From: Basidiobolus meristosporus CBS 931.73
Taxonomy: Eukaryota; Fungi; Basidiobolomycota
DNA length: 64,000 bases
NCBI GenBank assembly: GCA_002104905.1
Contig: MCFE01000178.1
Coordinates: 78,239 to 142,238, forward strand
Direction: 5' to 3'
The notes beneath the pieces were generated by a model. It had not been told where the DNA came from, ran no database searches, and worked only from the letters and a program-made list of their open reading frames with translations. Within the stretch, counting starts at the first letter, position 1. Each line of letters opens with the position of its first letter. The translations under genes and the position numbers were made by a program. This document shows, piece after piece, positions 1 to 14,035 of the stretch.

Positions 1-431
1 GTACTATCAGGCACTAAATGTGCTTTGTGTAGGTTTTACTTCAGGGCTAATATTTAAATATAGTACCGGATAGTACCAGTGGACCATGATAGTGTCATGC
101 TTTTTTGTAGCATGATACAAGCTACAGGAGCTGGATTCAGAGTGCCATGGGTATTGAGTACCAGATGCATGTCTTCAATCTTTTTGTGCTATTACACATC
201 CTGCACAACATTGACCCAAAAAAAAAGGTCAAAAAATAGATTTTCTCCAGCACAATGGGTGATACACAAGGGCTGCTTGGCATACAGATGCAGAGCTATG
301 TTTCAAACTTTGCGGCCAAGTATAGGCTCACTTGGCCTCTTTGGCACACTATGGCTTCATTTGGCACTCATGGTTCAACATGACACTATCCAATAGAACA
401 AGTCAATTATGTACTCACAACATCAGACCCA

Positions 432-3400
432 TTGGGACAGGTCCAAGAATATCTAATGGAAAAAGAGGAAGTTGAAGAATTTAATTGCCTTATTGACAAG
501 AGAAAATATGTCTCTACAGAGAGCAATCCTAAAAAAGTGTGTACCCACAAAAGAAATCAGCCAGTTGTTGCAATACCAGTACAGCCAGAAGCATCAAAAA
601 TCCAAAAAGAACACTTGCAATCTCAATCCAAGTATGACACTGCTACAATTACACAAACAGTGACTGACAAATTCTGGAAATCTCCATTTCCACAACTTAC
701 AAATCAAGAAATGTTCACTGATATCAACAATCTCAATCAGCTACTGCCTGAAATGATTAAACCTATAAATAAGGATATCATCATGATTTATCAAGTGCAA
801 TCTTTAAGAACATTATCAAGTGAGCAGCTACATTTTGAGGTTGAAAAAGCATTTTACTCTATAACAACAGGATGCTATGCTGCTACAATCAACAACGTTG
901 AAGTGGAACACGCTTTTGATTCAGGATCAGAACTCAATGCCCTCACCGCCATGACTTTTGAAAAAATCAAATTGCCATTGACAGAAGTTGACTGGAATAT
1001 GAGAACTGCTACAGGTGCAACAGAGACAATGCATGGACTTGGTCACTATATGTCAATTGAAATTGGAGGAATCAGGGCTACTTCTCCCTTTTGCATTGTT
1101 GCCAATGGACCCACTTTTGAGGTATTGTTGGGACAACCATATGAGAGAAAATCTCTTTCACAAGCTGATAACAGACCTGATGGAAGCTTATGGCTGACAA
1201 ACACATCTGACAATTGAAAAAGAAGGACAACCTTTTGTGCAGCACAAGAGAACAATCCAAGAAATGCAGACTCATTTCCAGTACAAAATATTCAGGTTCT
1301 TAAGGATATTTTGTTTTATAATCAAAACTTCATACCCTCAACAAGAAGTAAGACATATACCAAGTACAAGCCAGTTGCTTTGAAAGCAAAGCCAGTATCT
1401 ACTGGAATCTCACCATCTATCCGCAACAATCCTCAAATGGAGCCGTTTAACATATATGAAAAAATCAAACTCACAGAAGAGAAGTTCCAGGAGTTAGCTA
1501 TTGGGACTACTCTTACTACCAAGGAGAAAATTTTCTTTTTGACTTTGCTACAATGCTATGACAGTGTCTTTGCATCTAATGATTCACATACAGGATGTTG
1601 ATCCACAGAGCTATCTCCTCTGGTTAATATCCATACCATTGAACATACACTATGAGCATTGAGATCATAGCCTGCTCCCTCAAGATTACTGAATAAAGCA
1701 TTGAAATGCTACAATCAAGATTTCAAAGTCAAGCCATTGAGTATAGCTATGGACCTTATTGCAATCCCTGATTTACACTGTTGAAGAAAAATAGAAGTCT
1801 ACGGTTTATTCAAGATATAGAGCATTTGAATAAGGTCACCATCAAGGATGATATGCAACCACCCATATGACATGAGTATATTGGGTCATTTACTGGGTAT
1901 CTTCTGATTACAACATTGGACCTTTATTTAGGATATGACCAAATACTTCTGGATCCTGACTCAAGAGATTTCACTGCTATGGATACACCAACAGGACTCC
2001 TAGGAATGACAAGAATTCCTCAAGGATGAGCTAACTCTGTGCAAAATTATCAATGTGCAGTGATTTGAGTTTTGGATGACTGTTTCCCTGAGATATGTTG
2101 ACCATTTCTTGATGACATTGCAGTTATGAATAAGTCTAGAGAAAAAGATACATCACATGTCTTACCGCAAGTCAGAAGATATGCTTATGATCACATATGC
2201 ACTGTTGAAAGGGTCATGAAGAAACTTCAAGCTTCTGGTCTGACTGTATCTGGAGCCAAATGCAAGTGTCATGAATAGACACAAGGCAGGAGAGTAGGGC
2301 TAGGCAAGGCAGGATCAGGAAAGGACTTAGGTGTGGATCAACAAGGCAAGGCTGTTTATTCAAGACCTGTGCTTATCAGACTGAGGAATACATAAGGGGG
2401 GATAGGATTATATATGTTCTTTGGCAATATGGATGCCAAGAGATATTGCTTATACCAATGGGGCTCAGGGGTGAGGCACAGTAAGTTTGCCAAGATAGAG
2501 ATATACTAAAGAGCAAACTAAAATATCACATGGAGATATGTCAGGGGCTGGCTTATTGTGTAACCAGGTCATACAACATGTAATTACCATATAGAGTATG
2601 GGACTACATAAACTCCAATGGGAAGCTTCCATAGAATATTCCATTGTTTAACATTGACTTGGAGCTTTCAAGAAGTTGCTAGAATGTAGTAGAACCTTCT
2701 AGAAGGAACTTGGATTCCTTTGCTGACTTGATTTGGGTTGATAATTGGAGGCCAGGGATGTCATGTGATCTTAACAGCTAGTTTGGCACCACAAAGAAAT
2801 CATTCTAGGTGAACTTGTTTCAGAAAAAGGGAGATTGCATGATCCAGCAAGATTTTCATCAGCACTAAATTGGAAGACACCATGCAATATTCATCAAGTC
2901 AGACAACTATTAGGACCTACTGGTCTATTCAGAATCTGGACCAAGAACTATGCTCAAATTGCTTAGCCACTAACTCAACTATTATAGAAAAACAGAAATT
3001 TGAGTGGCATGAAGAACAGGCAAATGCTATATTGACATTTCTTGAGTCATTATCAAAGCCACCTGTCTTAGCAGCTATAGATTACATTGTTATTTATTCA
3101 CAACCAATAACTGTATCAGTTGATAGCTCTGGAATTGGGGTTGGTGGAATCATGATTCAAGTTTCAAAAGATCATCATTGATAACCTTGCAAATATCTTA
3201 GTAGACTATTCAAAGGAGATGAGCTCAACTATCCATTTATCAAGAAAGAAGCACTGGGAGTACTCTATGTACTCAAAAAGCTAAAGTCATACTTATCAGG
3301 AGTACACTTCATGCTGGAGGTTGATGCCAAGCCATTATTGGGAATGTTGAATAAGTTAGAGCTTTTGCCTGATCCTATTCTAGCATGGTGGATATCATAC

Positions 3401-3500
3401 ATTCAGATCTTTGACTTTATGCTGCAACACATACCAGGAGCCAATCACAAAGGACCTGATGAACTACAATTACAAGTTTAAAGGTTATAAGACTTCCCCT
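432..3500 (+). mobile_element. Decayed Ty3/Gypsy LTR-retrotransposon pol (protease-RT-RNase H), many stops, interrupted by a solo LTR
   Basis: Aspartic protease motif AFDSGSELN (ORF 432-1217). RT motifs PQG*ANS (~2020) and FLDDIAV (~2105). RNase H VSVDSSGIGVGG (~3115) and FMLEVDAKPLLGML...IQIFDFMLQHIPG (~3310-3440). Domain order PR-RT-RH; no integrase recognised. Confidence 0.85.
2267..2776. mobile_element. Solo LTR inserted in the Gypsy RT
   Basis: TGTCATGA...TCTTAACA termini. Flanks GCAAG (2262-2266) and GCTAG (2777-2781) form a 5-bp TSD with one mismatch. Removing it rejoins RT sequence GAKCK|FGTT. Confidence 0.75.
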
Positions 3501-3629
3501 GCATCACTTGCACTGTTGAGTATTCTGACTTTGATTGGTACTGCATCAGTAAGGAGACTGCAAAGCTCACAAGAATCCAATCTAAGTTCTACAAGAAACT
3601 ACTACCTTTCTGTTGGAAAAGTCCCCTCT

Positions 3630-3745
3630 AAAAAACCCCTTTACTCCAAAGACCCCCCTTTAGTCTAAAGACCCCCTTAGATACCCCTTTAAGAAACCCC
3701 TTTACTCTAAAGAAACCCCTTTACTCTAAAGAAGCCCCTTTAGGC
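3630..3745. repeat. Degenerate ~19-bp minisatellite (aagaaacccctttactcta)
   Basis: Near-exact adjacent units from 3691 plus several degenerate ccccttta units. Confidence 0.6.
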
Positions 3746-6529
3746 ACCTCCTTAGTGTAAAGTCCACTTTGGAGACTTCTACAACACACCCCTTTAGGTT
3801 AAAGGGGAGCTCAGAATTACAATATTAGGGAATATTTTCTCAGACAGGAAAGTGACCTCCAGATAAGGAAATGTTGCTATAAAAGTAAATAAGCCCATTA
3901 GCTGGCAGAGGGTCAGAATACTGCTGAGGAAGTGAGAAACACTGCCTACAGTATATTTTGAGCCTAAGATTGAGGATATTAGTGAAAGCTATATCTTCTA
4001 TTGGTATATCAAACTCCCAATAAACTATTTCAGTATTAGCAAACTGGAAGTTGTTGTATATTGTTGATTAGCCTTGGCATTGTAGAAGCCCCAAACTAAT
4101 CACAATACAACACAACAATTCTCAATGTTGATGTCTAGATAATAAATATCTTTGTGAGCTATGGAGTACATCCCCTAGATCTATATATGTCTGGCTATAT
4201 GCACCTCTTGAGCCATTTCAAGAAGCCTTACAGTTGTCCAAATGCCTATAGGTGCAGGAATGCCAAGATGTTGCTGAATTACCTCTAGAGAAGTAACAAT
4301 GAGAATGAACTTAAATTTTGCCAGCATCCATTGCCAATTGTAGATCAGGATCAATTGTAGTATTGAGCAAAAAGGTGGATAATGTGCAGCTTGTCCCATT
4401 GAAGTGGTGCAGGAAAGTTAAGATTAACAATCTGTAAAATGGCAAATGCTTATAGCAATATTGATAATGTATAGAAATTGAATCAACACCAATACAGGGT
4501 GATGGGGCCCAAATAGGCCAGTATGAGCAAAAGTAAAGGAATACATAGTTTGTCAATGGCTGTAAGCTAATCTGTATGCAGCAAACATATGTGCACCAGT
4601 GAAGTTAATAGGTAAGGAGTACAAAAAGAGGATATTGCCAATTAGTATGTAAGAGTGTGTGAGCAGATTGATTACCTGGGATCTGGATATATGCAAAATG
4701 ACAACAAACCAATCAACAGCCAAAATTAGCTGTAATAGAGGTCATATATAGGCAAAAGTTGCTCTATGAGAAATTGCCAACTTAGAACTTTACTGTGAAT
4801 CCGCTGGTACACTATTGATATTATGCTGGCACTTGGCTGGGGTTTTCCTGTCCAATCTTCAGATGCACTTTTGTGAAGTAGTAGATAGCAGATTGCCAAG
4901 TTTGTTATGTGTGCCAGCTGACCTAGTCACCTGCTGGAAAGTATGTTGACTTCTCTGCCAAATGGCTAGAACTTGAGGTATTGAGAGTTGTAAATTCAGA
5001 GAAACTTAGCACTCTGCTGATATTATGATGGTATATTTCTGGCCCTGTGTTAATTTTTTCTGTTAAGGTACTATAAGCCAAATACTCAATATCCTTATAA
5101 AGACTGACCATATCCATCAATAGATATACTAACTGATCACTATTAAGGGCTAATCAAATCAGTCAATACTGTCTTAATAATATTAATCAACAATGAGTAT
5201 AAAAAAAATAATTCATCTTTCAGCTATTGTAATGCAAAGTATCATGTACCATGGAGTACTCTGGGGTGCTGAATAAATCCAGCACTCTAGGTTGTCTGGC
5301 TATGTGTAGCACCATAAATAGAACAACTATTAAGTCTGAAAGTGCAATGCTGATAGTGTGGCTAATAGGCATAATAACATGTAATCCTAGGCACATCAGA
5401 GGCAGTGCAATTGATGAGGCATGCCAATTATCATGATACCAATAATACTCAAGCATATCAGAATGTAGAAAACACATGTATCCAAATGAGAAATAACTTC
5501 AACCATCCCATCCAAGGCCATCACAGGATTGGCATTCTACAACTAATTGCTGTTAATGCTCCTATGATACCCAAAGAATAAAATGAGTAAAATATCAATC
5601 TGAAAATCCAAAAAAAACTCAACCAAGGTCAAGTATACAGTCAGAGAGAGCAATCTTGGGCCTCATAATCTTTGATAGAACTTGGAGTAGTATTTGAAGA
5701 GATATAAAGGGCTGAAGAATTGTATAGGGTTCACTAGCTTTTTCAGAAGTTAATGTATATATGGAATCTCCAGAGGAGCATTACAAGGCTTATAGGAAAC
5801 ATTGCTAGCTGAAGGCCCCAAGTGGTGATGTGTAAGGTTTGAAGCATTCAGATAAGCTGTAAATTTAGATAACTATTCAATCTTGACTTACTCCGCTAGC
5901 AAGTTGATATCTTTCAAGCTGAATCTTGGTATTTGATAGCTTAGCAATATGCAAAAGATGGTCCATAGGCATATGAATACTTTCGGTGTAAATACGCTTT
6001 TTCAACACAGAATACCAGAAGGATAATGGCATAATACCGGCTGCATACCATGTGAAGCCCCAGCTTCATTGTTGTTGCTAGCAAGTGGAGCACATACTAC
6101 ACTAGCACAAATCATTCCCAGCCAAACTACTACTCCCAGGGTGTTCTCTTTGAGCAAAGCTGGGCCTCAGGTAGGTATTTTGGTTATGTGGGGCCAAATT
6201 GAAAAATACACCTAGAATACAAGCAGAATACCAGCTGAATATCAGAGGAGTTCCAAGTTTGAGATTTCTCATAGGGATCACCTGTGGTAAAATGGTCAAT
6301 ATTCAAGAAGTCTTGAAACCAAGTAAATATCACAAGGAGAGTGTGCTGCAAATGGGTTTTTTCTATAGTCAACAAATTACATCAAAGAGATTTGCAAGCA
6401 ATCCGCTGCTGTGATAAGAGACCAAAGATATTCAAACATCCATAGAACGCACAGAATTTTCAGAGGGGAGATTGGCTTTCACTACCATAGGTTGGCAACT
6501 GGATTTGGATTGTGGAAGATCCACATAAT

Positions 6530-6559
6530 CTAGCCCTAGCCCTAGCCCTAACCCTAACC
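6530..6559 (+). repeat. Interstitial telomere-like repeat (CCCTAG and CCCTAA units), opposite orientation to the terminal telomere
   Basis: ctagccctagccctagccctaaccctaacc read directly. Confidence 0.7.
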
Positions 6560-9500
6560 AAAAACAGTTCTACCACCCAACAACTCCCATAACCAGATTT
6601 CCCCTTGCCCTTCCCAGGCCTTGTGCCCGCCATCTTAAGCTTTTTGCCACCCACCCACCTCAGCCTTGACCGTCCAATGGAGGATTGGGGTCAGCAACAA
6701 GAATAACAACCAACTTAGATTTCAGCAAGAGTTAGCTTGGAGCGACTGGTGCAGCGCAAGACAAACCCCACTGGCCATCCAAATCGCATCGATATCTGTG
6801 TAGCTGGATCCTAAACGTACAGAACGGGCCCAAATGGCCGAACGATCACATCTGGTGTTGGTGAAGTCATTGACAGTGCTACAAGCCAATCAGGTGTCCC
6901 TAGGAAGAGGAAGATCCCCAAGCTACGGATCATTTTTTTTCCAAGGAGGCGTGGCTCGACACCTAACCCTACGGATGCACAAGGGTTGCTATATAGCCCA
7001 AATCCAGCGGGTTACTAGAAAAAGCGATTTCCAACACCATGGATCAAGCTCTGATCAGCGCCCGAAATCCCCCGTTGCCAAACCGTTTAGCTGTCGAAAG
7101 CATCTCTCCAGGAGATTGCTAATGCTGGCATGATCACATTAAGACTACGTACAGTTGGGTTGACATCAACCACGCCAAGTAGCCGGGTGCCCCAAGGCAG
7201 GGGTGGGTAGGAATCCAAGCCCAACCTCGATGAAACACTCGGGGATGTCCCCGATTCCGTCGATAAACCTTCGCCTCGATCATGCCTCAGCCTACCTAGA
7301 ACGCAACATCAGGCCGCAAACTGAATCATGGAGCCCATCGGTAGACTGAGCCATGTATGGCTCGTTGAGCACCCAGCATTCTTTGTCGAGCTCCGTCTAG
7401 ATACTGCGACGCAGCCCATTGCATTTCCAGGTGCAACACATAGGACAGAGGATCGTAGCTTGAATGCACTTGCGCGACACCACGATCGCGTTAATCCCGG
7501 GTCTGCAATAGATAGAATGCTGCATCCAGCTCAAGGGAGAAGATCGAGGATTCGGTGCGGTGCGTCCCAGGATTAATCCCATTCATGAATCCGAGGTTGG
7601 CCACGGTTCTTTCAAAAGGGACGCGCAGATATCATCGAGAGCTGGGAGTTTCTGGAACGAGGCCACCTCGCAGCAAGGCTGGAGGTGGATCCAGGGACAT
7701 CAGACTGATTCTGGGGTGTATACACTCCCCTGCCCCTACAGCCCACCTAAGAGTCCATCCCTCCTCCGCATCCCCACCAGAGATATCGGAGACCGAAGCA
7801 GCTTGCAATCATATAGAACAGGAGTTCGGGTGTCTCAGTGAAACGACTCTCGTTTCTGACTCCCAGGCTCCCCGGCCCTGTCAACACAAGGGAGATGTGG
7901 TCGTATTCCGTCGACCCATTCTTTTCCCTATGACCTCATGGGCTTCATAAGAGTCAATCAACCCGATTTGGTAGTTGGCTTTCCAGTGGGATCCAAGAGC
8001 TTTCGTCGCACGCATGCATGCCGCTTGTCACCCAATATGAAATGAGTTGCTGTTGGTGCAGTGCTGATAACTGCATGCGATCATCCAAGCACCACAACCG
8101 AGCAATGAAGCTCATCCTCTAGATGAAATGAGCTGTGTAGTCGGATGTTCACAGGCATGCAACCCCCATTGGACCGAGGCTGAGGTTGAAACCACCACCA
8201 ACCCCACTTATGGCACCCAGATGTCGTACTTCGTCATGGCAGCGAGTAAATGGACGGCTATTCCATTAGCCACAACGCCAGTAGGCGGGCGGAATAGGGG
8301 CCCAGGATGAACTGTGCCCTTGGGTAGCTTGGAGAGTGTCGGCCCAACCGGCTGCAGACATGGACCGGTAAATGAATTACCTCACATTGATGCAGAGGGT
8401 CATGCGAAGGCCAATGTTCAGAGCAGCTGGGACTGGATCTTGAAATATCGGCCACGGAAATAGCGGCGGGCTATATTTGGATATACGGAGATCTGTTGAG
8501 CAGCTCTGTGCTACCACCATACAGAGCATTGACCGTCATGTGTCGCTTGATTGGACGAGGAGGGAAAAGGCGGCTCTCCGAGAAACGCTGTGCAACGATG
8601 GAGTGCTGCTTATGATGTCATCTGCATCTTCTGCGCCGCACCCACTGGTCGCCAGATCGACATGCTTGCAGCTCCGTCTCGCACCTACAGTTTAGGGACT
8701 GGTACAGGGCCCAGGGCACAATCAGCCATCTACACACCGTGCTGACGAACCTCTCTCAGCACCCATGAAACGGCTGTGACCCAGAATCTGCCACGCAAGA
8801 AAGATATGTACTGCGGGTCAGGGATTTGCAACGTCCACATCAATCATCACTGTTTCCCAGGAGCGCTGGCTTGGTGGGATGGCTGTGGGTGAATGGAGAT
8901 CCGCCAATCACAGGGCGCGGATATCAGGCGCAAGAGCCAACAATCTGTGCATTTAATCCACCATCGTAGTTGCCATGGCACATGGCCATAATGCGGCCTT
9001 GGAGGCGGAAGTGGAAGCTGTTTACAGTAAAAAGGAGTTAAAGTTTGGGCGGGGCTGATTGGCCGGTGGAAATGAAGCAATGTATTCAATGGAGCAGCAT
9101 TCTAAATAGAAGGATCGAAATCCATTTGCTGCATTGTCCGACATCAACAGCGAATCATCGGAAAACTGCCAACTGTGGCGGTTATTGGATTGGAGCGACA
9201 CCAGGTCGCGCAAACCTCACCACGCCCCTCATGACTCCAACCGCCTAGAAATCGGATCCCTCTTTGTGTCGGACTGGTAACATGACTGCCATCGAATCTG
9301 TCCACCCGATGTATTACATCCAACATTGGCCATTAGGCACCCTCCCCATGGAAATGGCAATCTCGAAGGAAATTTCGCAAATTGATATGCAGATCCCAGA
9401 GTGGAAGCTGCGATGACACTATTATGAGATAATAGGGTTTATCAAGTGCAGAAGCCCATTAAGGATATTGTGAATTATTCCTCTTTTTCTCGTCCAACAC

Positions 9501-10566
9501 ATTGGATCAGAGTAAATGACTTCTTTGGTTTTGGAATATTGTTCTATGTTGTGATGCGCTAGGAGCCCGCTTCCACACCTATCTATATCCACCAACCTAT
9601 TCCCATAACCCAACTCCAACTCCATATCCATCCCAATTCCCTGCTACCCTATATTTTTCTTTACTACTTCCCTAATTGACCTCTCCCCTCTAGTTTAATA
9701 GCCCCACCCGCTTCGCACTAACCACCCTCCCGTTTTGTTGGGTACCCTTTCACGAGCATGCACTATTCCAGCGATTTCCCAATCTCAACATCGGCAACCG
9801 GCTCGTCGCACACTGATGTACCCGAAGCCCTTACCTCCGTAGAACTCCAACGTATGCCCTTCGTTCTCACCTCGAAGAGAGGTTTGTCCAGCCCCACCCC
9901 CAGCGATAGATGGGCTAATGTTTGCCTATTCTCCACCTAGGACGCTTTCCACTTCTGAGCGAAAAAACCAGCCAGAAATACCGTGCCCTCTACAACGACA
10001 ACGTCGGACCTGACTCCCAACTTTCAGGTAGTCCAGCCCAACCAATGGTCGGTTTCATTTTCTAAAGGCTTCGTGCTGACGGGTTGTTTTCTCAAGTCAA
10101 GGCAGCCGGTGACCTATTTTCTTACTTGAACCTAAAACCGAGGGTGTTCACGCATCTATGGTCCGTGGTATAGCAACGTCCTGTCAAGCTTCCTTGCTAA
10201 CCGGCCGTTGTTGATATAGGTCCCTTTGCGACATACGCTCCAGCGGCTCGCTTAGTTTGCCAGAATTTTTGCTCTTTGTATACTTCCTTACTACATATCT
10301 GTCCTCCGGAGAACTTCCGACCGCTCTTCCATCCATTCTTTACCAGGAGTTGTTGAGCAATAATGAGAGTGCACCAAGCCCGACGGGCGTCAGGGATACC
10401 AGCCCTTCCAAAGACTGCGCCCAGGGGGCCTCCGAATGGAGGTCCCCACTACGCGGTGGGCATCTTCGTGATGCCAATACTATAGAAGGCCAGGAAAAAG
10501 CAGGGGGTTGGTATCCGTACTGGACCTGATGTCTATGCATTTTCATCCATCTAATTTCTAGACAAT

Positions 10567-12831
10567 TTGTTTCCCACAGCTCCACTGGCTTCCAATAAAG
10601 AGCCACCCGACGGCACCGCAAGTCTATTTTTGACAGAAGACACCAATGCAGAGCTTTTGTACCCCGCACCGGACCTTCAGCTCGGTGGCACTGCCGAGCT
10701 TCGTGCCAGCTTCATCGATACACCTCTACCGCCGAACCACAGCGATGGCATGGTGGCATCGAGGCAACCACTCCAAAGCCAGCACCTGACCGTCCACTTA
10801 CTTCCGGAATACCCAATCAAGGAAGATCGGGAGTGGGAAGAGATCGAGCAATTAAAGGCCAAAATCCAGGTCCTTCAGAACGAAATCCACTCCGTGGAGG
10901 CATCTCAGTCCGACATCAAGATAGATTTTGAGAAAGTTACTGGAGATATGATCGATTTGTCCGAGCAGCGTTACCAGCTGGAACTTGCCTTTAGGGAGAT
11001 GACCACCCAGATGGGCGAGCTTGTTTCCAAGGCCCGGCATTTGAACGAGACTTTGGCCAATGCCAAGTACTCGCTTCTTCACACCAACAGGGCGAGAGTC
11101 ACCGGTGAGAATCAACCGGACAGGCTGATCCAGAGTACGCATGAGTTGGTGACCCCTCTCTCCGCGCTGAGAGCAGCTTCGGCTCCAGTACAGACCGAGC
11201 TCGAGACGAAGAAGGTCAAAGTGGACTCCGAAAGGAGAAGGGCGGACAAGGAGATCGACTCGGTCGAGCGCCAAGTGCAGAGGATGAACAAAAGACTGGA
11301 AAGAAGTGAGCAGTATATTCATCTATACTCCGATCTTCTGTCGAGGAAAGAAGGGTCGCCAGCGGATGGAACAGACGAATTTCTCGATGCATTCATGACC
11401 GAGCTCAAAAATCTCCAGCGTCGCGTCACCATGACGGAAAAGGCGGGGGCGAAGCCGCTGTCGCCCATCGAGGAGATGATCAGTGTCGACCTCAGTGCCG
11501 TGCAAAAAACCCAGAAGTCACACAGAGAGAAGCAAATGAAGATTTTGGAGGAAGCGCAGAAGCGTTTGGTCGAACGGGAAAGATGCCTCCGTGACGATTT
11601 CACTCGGCTCAAAGAAGAGAAAAGCAACATGGATAATCGCATCCGTAGACAAGAAGACGAGTGGGAAAGCATAAGGCTCCAGGCGTTGACCCAAGCGCAA
11701 AACACCATCGCGAACGCTCGGGCCGAGATGGAGGCAGCACGAGAGGAAACTGCCTCAAAGGCCAATCGGAATAACCGAGCAAGGCTGGCCGAAGAAACTC
11801 AGGTGATCGAGAAGCTTGCTCAAGAGAAGATCGAAGCAGCAACGCATGAAAGATATGCTATCGAGCGTCTAGCCAAACAAAAGATTGATGCCGCTTGCCA
11901 GGAAAAAGAGCTTATTGAGAAGAAATTTCGGGAGCGCATATGTCAAGTAGAGACGGCCCTCAAGAAGACCGAGCATGAGAAGCAAGAAATCAAGTCTATC
12001 TACGGGGGCAAGCAGAGCATGTGTAACTCGCCAATGCCACCTCCAAATCCACCACCCTCGCTGCCCCCATTGCCTGTCTCAATATCACCTAGCTTGACGG
12101 GGATTAAGCCGCTATGGCTGGCGCACACGCCCCCCTCCCCAACTGACTTTCCCAGAACTTCGATTTCTACCATGCAGAGGTCCAACGCTCAACCAGGCCC
12201 GAGGCGTTCAAGTCCTCTTCACGCAAATCCCTATGCTATCCAGCCACACATCCTGGACAGCGGATACAGCACCAACTCCGACTGGTCCGTAAATAACCAC
12301 TTTGTTCATGTTGAGCATCCCCACACGTACGAGGCCTGGGGAAAGCAATGCGCATCACACGACTTACAGCCGGAATTCACCACTCAGCGTTCCACCTCCA
12401 AGCAGATGGGATCCCCATGTTCCTCGGACGCGAGTGACCTGAAATCACCGTTTTCGGTGAAAACATTGTACCCGTACACGGCACCAGGGAAGGAGTACCT
12501 CGGTTTCGATCAAGACGTGTACATCATTGTCGACCCCACCTTTGAGTCCGAAGAATGGTGGTACGGAAAGCCGGAATACGGAGTCCAAGAAGGGTGGTTC
12601 CCCAAAAACTACGTCTGCGTGGAAGAGATTCCTGATCAGGTCCCGTTCCTGGCGAGGGTGCTGTATGATTACGAGGAGCGGCAAAGCGACGAGTTGACCA
12701 TTAAGGCCGATTCGGTTGTAGATATCCTAGAGAAAACGGATGTGAACTGGTGGAAGGCCCAGTACCAGGGCAATGTTGGTATGATCCCCGCAAGATACGT
12801 TCAGCAGTTGGTGGTTGGGCTCTCCCAATAG
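10567..12831 (+). CDS. Coiled-coil protein with two C-terminal SH3 domains (5' exons probably further upstream)
   Basis: 754-codon ORF with a long heptad-rich region and a Pro-rich linker. SH3 motifs VKTLYPY...EWWYG...EGWFPKNYV and ARVLYDYEERQSDELTI...NWW...GMIPARYV. The ORF track start is TTG; a likely intron (GTTGGT...CCCACAG, ~10507-10579) links it to upstream coding sequence. Confidence 0.85.
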   Translation: MFPTAPLASNKEPPDGTASLFLTEDTNAELLYPAPDLQLGGTAELRASFIDTPLPPNHSDGMVASRQPLQSQHLTVHLLPEYPIKEDREWEEIEQLKAKIQVLQNEIHSVEASQSDIKIDFEKVTGDMIDLSEQRYQLELAFREMTTQMGELVSKARHLNETLANAKYSLLHTNRARVTGENQPDRLIQSTHELVTPLSALRAASAPVQTELETKKVKVDSERRRADKEIDSVERQVQRMNKRLERSEQYIHLYSDLLSRKEGSPADGTDEFLDAFMTELKNLQRRVTMTEKAGAKPLSPIEEMISVDLSAVQKTQKSHREKQMKILEEAQKRLVERERCLRDDFTRLKEEKSNMDNRIRRQEDEWESIRLQALTQAQNTIANARAEMEAAREETASKANRNNRARLAEETQVIEKLAQEKIEAATHERYAIERLAKQKIDAACQEKELIEKKFRERICQVETALKKTEHEKQEIKSIYGGKQSMCNSPMPPPNPPPSLPPLPVSISPSLTGIKPLWLAHTPPSPTDFPRTSISTMQRSNAQPGPRRSSPLHANPYAIQPHILDSGYSTNSDWSVNNHFVHVEHPHTYEAWGKQCASHDLQPEFTTQRSTSKQMGSPCSSDASDLKSPFSVKTLYPYTAPGKEYLGFDQDVYIIVDPTFESEEWWYGKPEYGVQEGWFPKNYVCVEEIPDQVPFLARVLYDYEERQSDELTIKADSVVDILEKTDVNWWKAQYQGNVGMIPARYVQQLVVGLSQ

Positions 12832-14035
12832 CCGCTCGCACCGAAGCGCTTGTTGTCTAGGATCGCGACACCGCGTTCAAGACTCCATATATGCGTCAAC
12901 AAGATGGACGAGCCTCCACAGATTGTTGGCAATTTTCTCTTTGTCTTGATTAACATATATAACAATATATAATTCACTCGACTTTAATCTCCGTATATTA
13001 CATATCCTTAACCCAACCCTTCCAACCCGGTCTCAGACTCCACTCAAAAGACGACTTTCTGGTAACGAATAAACTCCCAACTGAGGTCATGCCAATGCGA
13101 GCCCGTTGCTGTGCTGTGGTTGGAGGAGTTTGCATGCATTGTGGTGAGGCCTGGAATGCAGCCCACAATTGGCCAGGACAGATCCACTATCCAAAGCATC
13201 GTCGGCAGCCGCGGATAGGTTGGCCCACACTGCCTGGAAGATGAGTTCATCTAGTTGGATGCGGCACGGCATCTGAGCAAATGGTTCCCTCTCATTGGAG
13301 GGAGTGCGCTGTGTTCAGGAGCATGATATTACGATGGTTAGGTGCCATTAAAGCGGAAACTTTGTTTGAGAAACTCATCACACTATGTCACAGCCAGTCT
13401 CACCGGATCCTGGCCATCTAACTTGATTAGTGGGCAGTGCACGAGTCCGATGCTGTAAATGAGCATTTGAATCATGGTTATAAGGTCCACACTAAACAGA
13501 GGGATCTGATATGGGCCGATGTGAGTGGGTTATAGGAGAAATACTGGAGTGATGCAGAGTATGTTATATCAGCGCGTGAAGAGTCACAACTTCCCTGCAT
13601 TTCGGAATCAAATGACTGAGGGGAATTAATTGGGCAAGGGGATCGGACAAAGTAGAGGATTCACTTGAAAGCTAAGAACGCCTGGTGTTAGTTACATGTT
13701 TGTTTGTGATATGTGGGCTACTTCGGAGTATGTCATGGCCTCTGTGTTTTCTTTATATACCAACTTGCATCCTGGGCAGCTCCTCAAACTTTGGAAGCTT
13801 CGAATTTTCTCTCTGGGCATTTTATAGCCAAAGTTATATGGACGCCAACCTGTTCGCGTCCACGATAGAATTTCATCACTTATATCCAACCACATTGTCA
13901 TTTGTACACACCCGCCCATATATAGCGTTCGATAAAGGAACCCCGGCGCTACTGTAAAACGTTCCGATTTGCTAACCCAGTGATATAGAGCTACGGAACA
14001 GATCCAAGAACGAAAGCGGTATCCATCTGCGCAAG

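Noticed and set aside
4100-6500. Further TE relics in CpG-poor DNA
   Set aside because: Weak resemblance to the CACTA-like copies, but no motif strong enough to assign family or boundaries.
6660-9300. Possible decayed retroelement (DIRS or LINE) following the interstitial repeat
   Set aside because: Only short ORFs; no convincing RT, recombinase or endonuclease motif in the frames I read.
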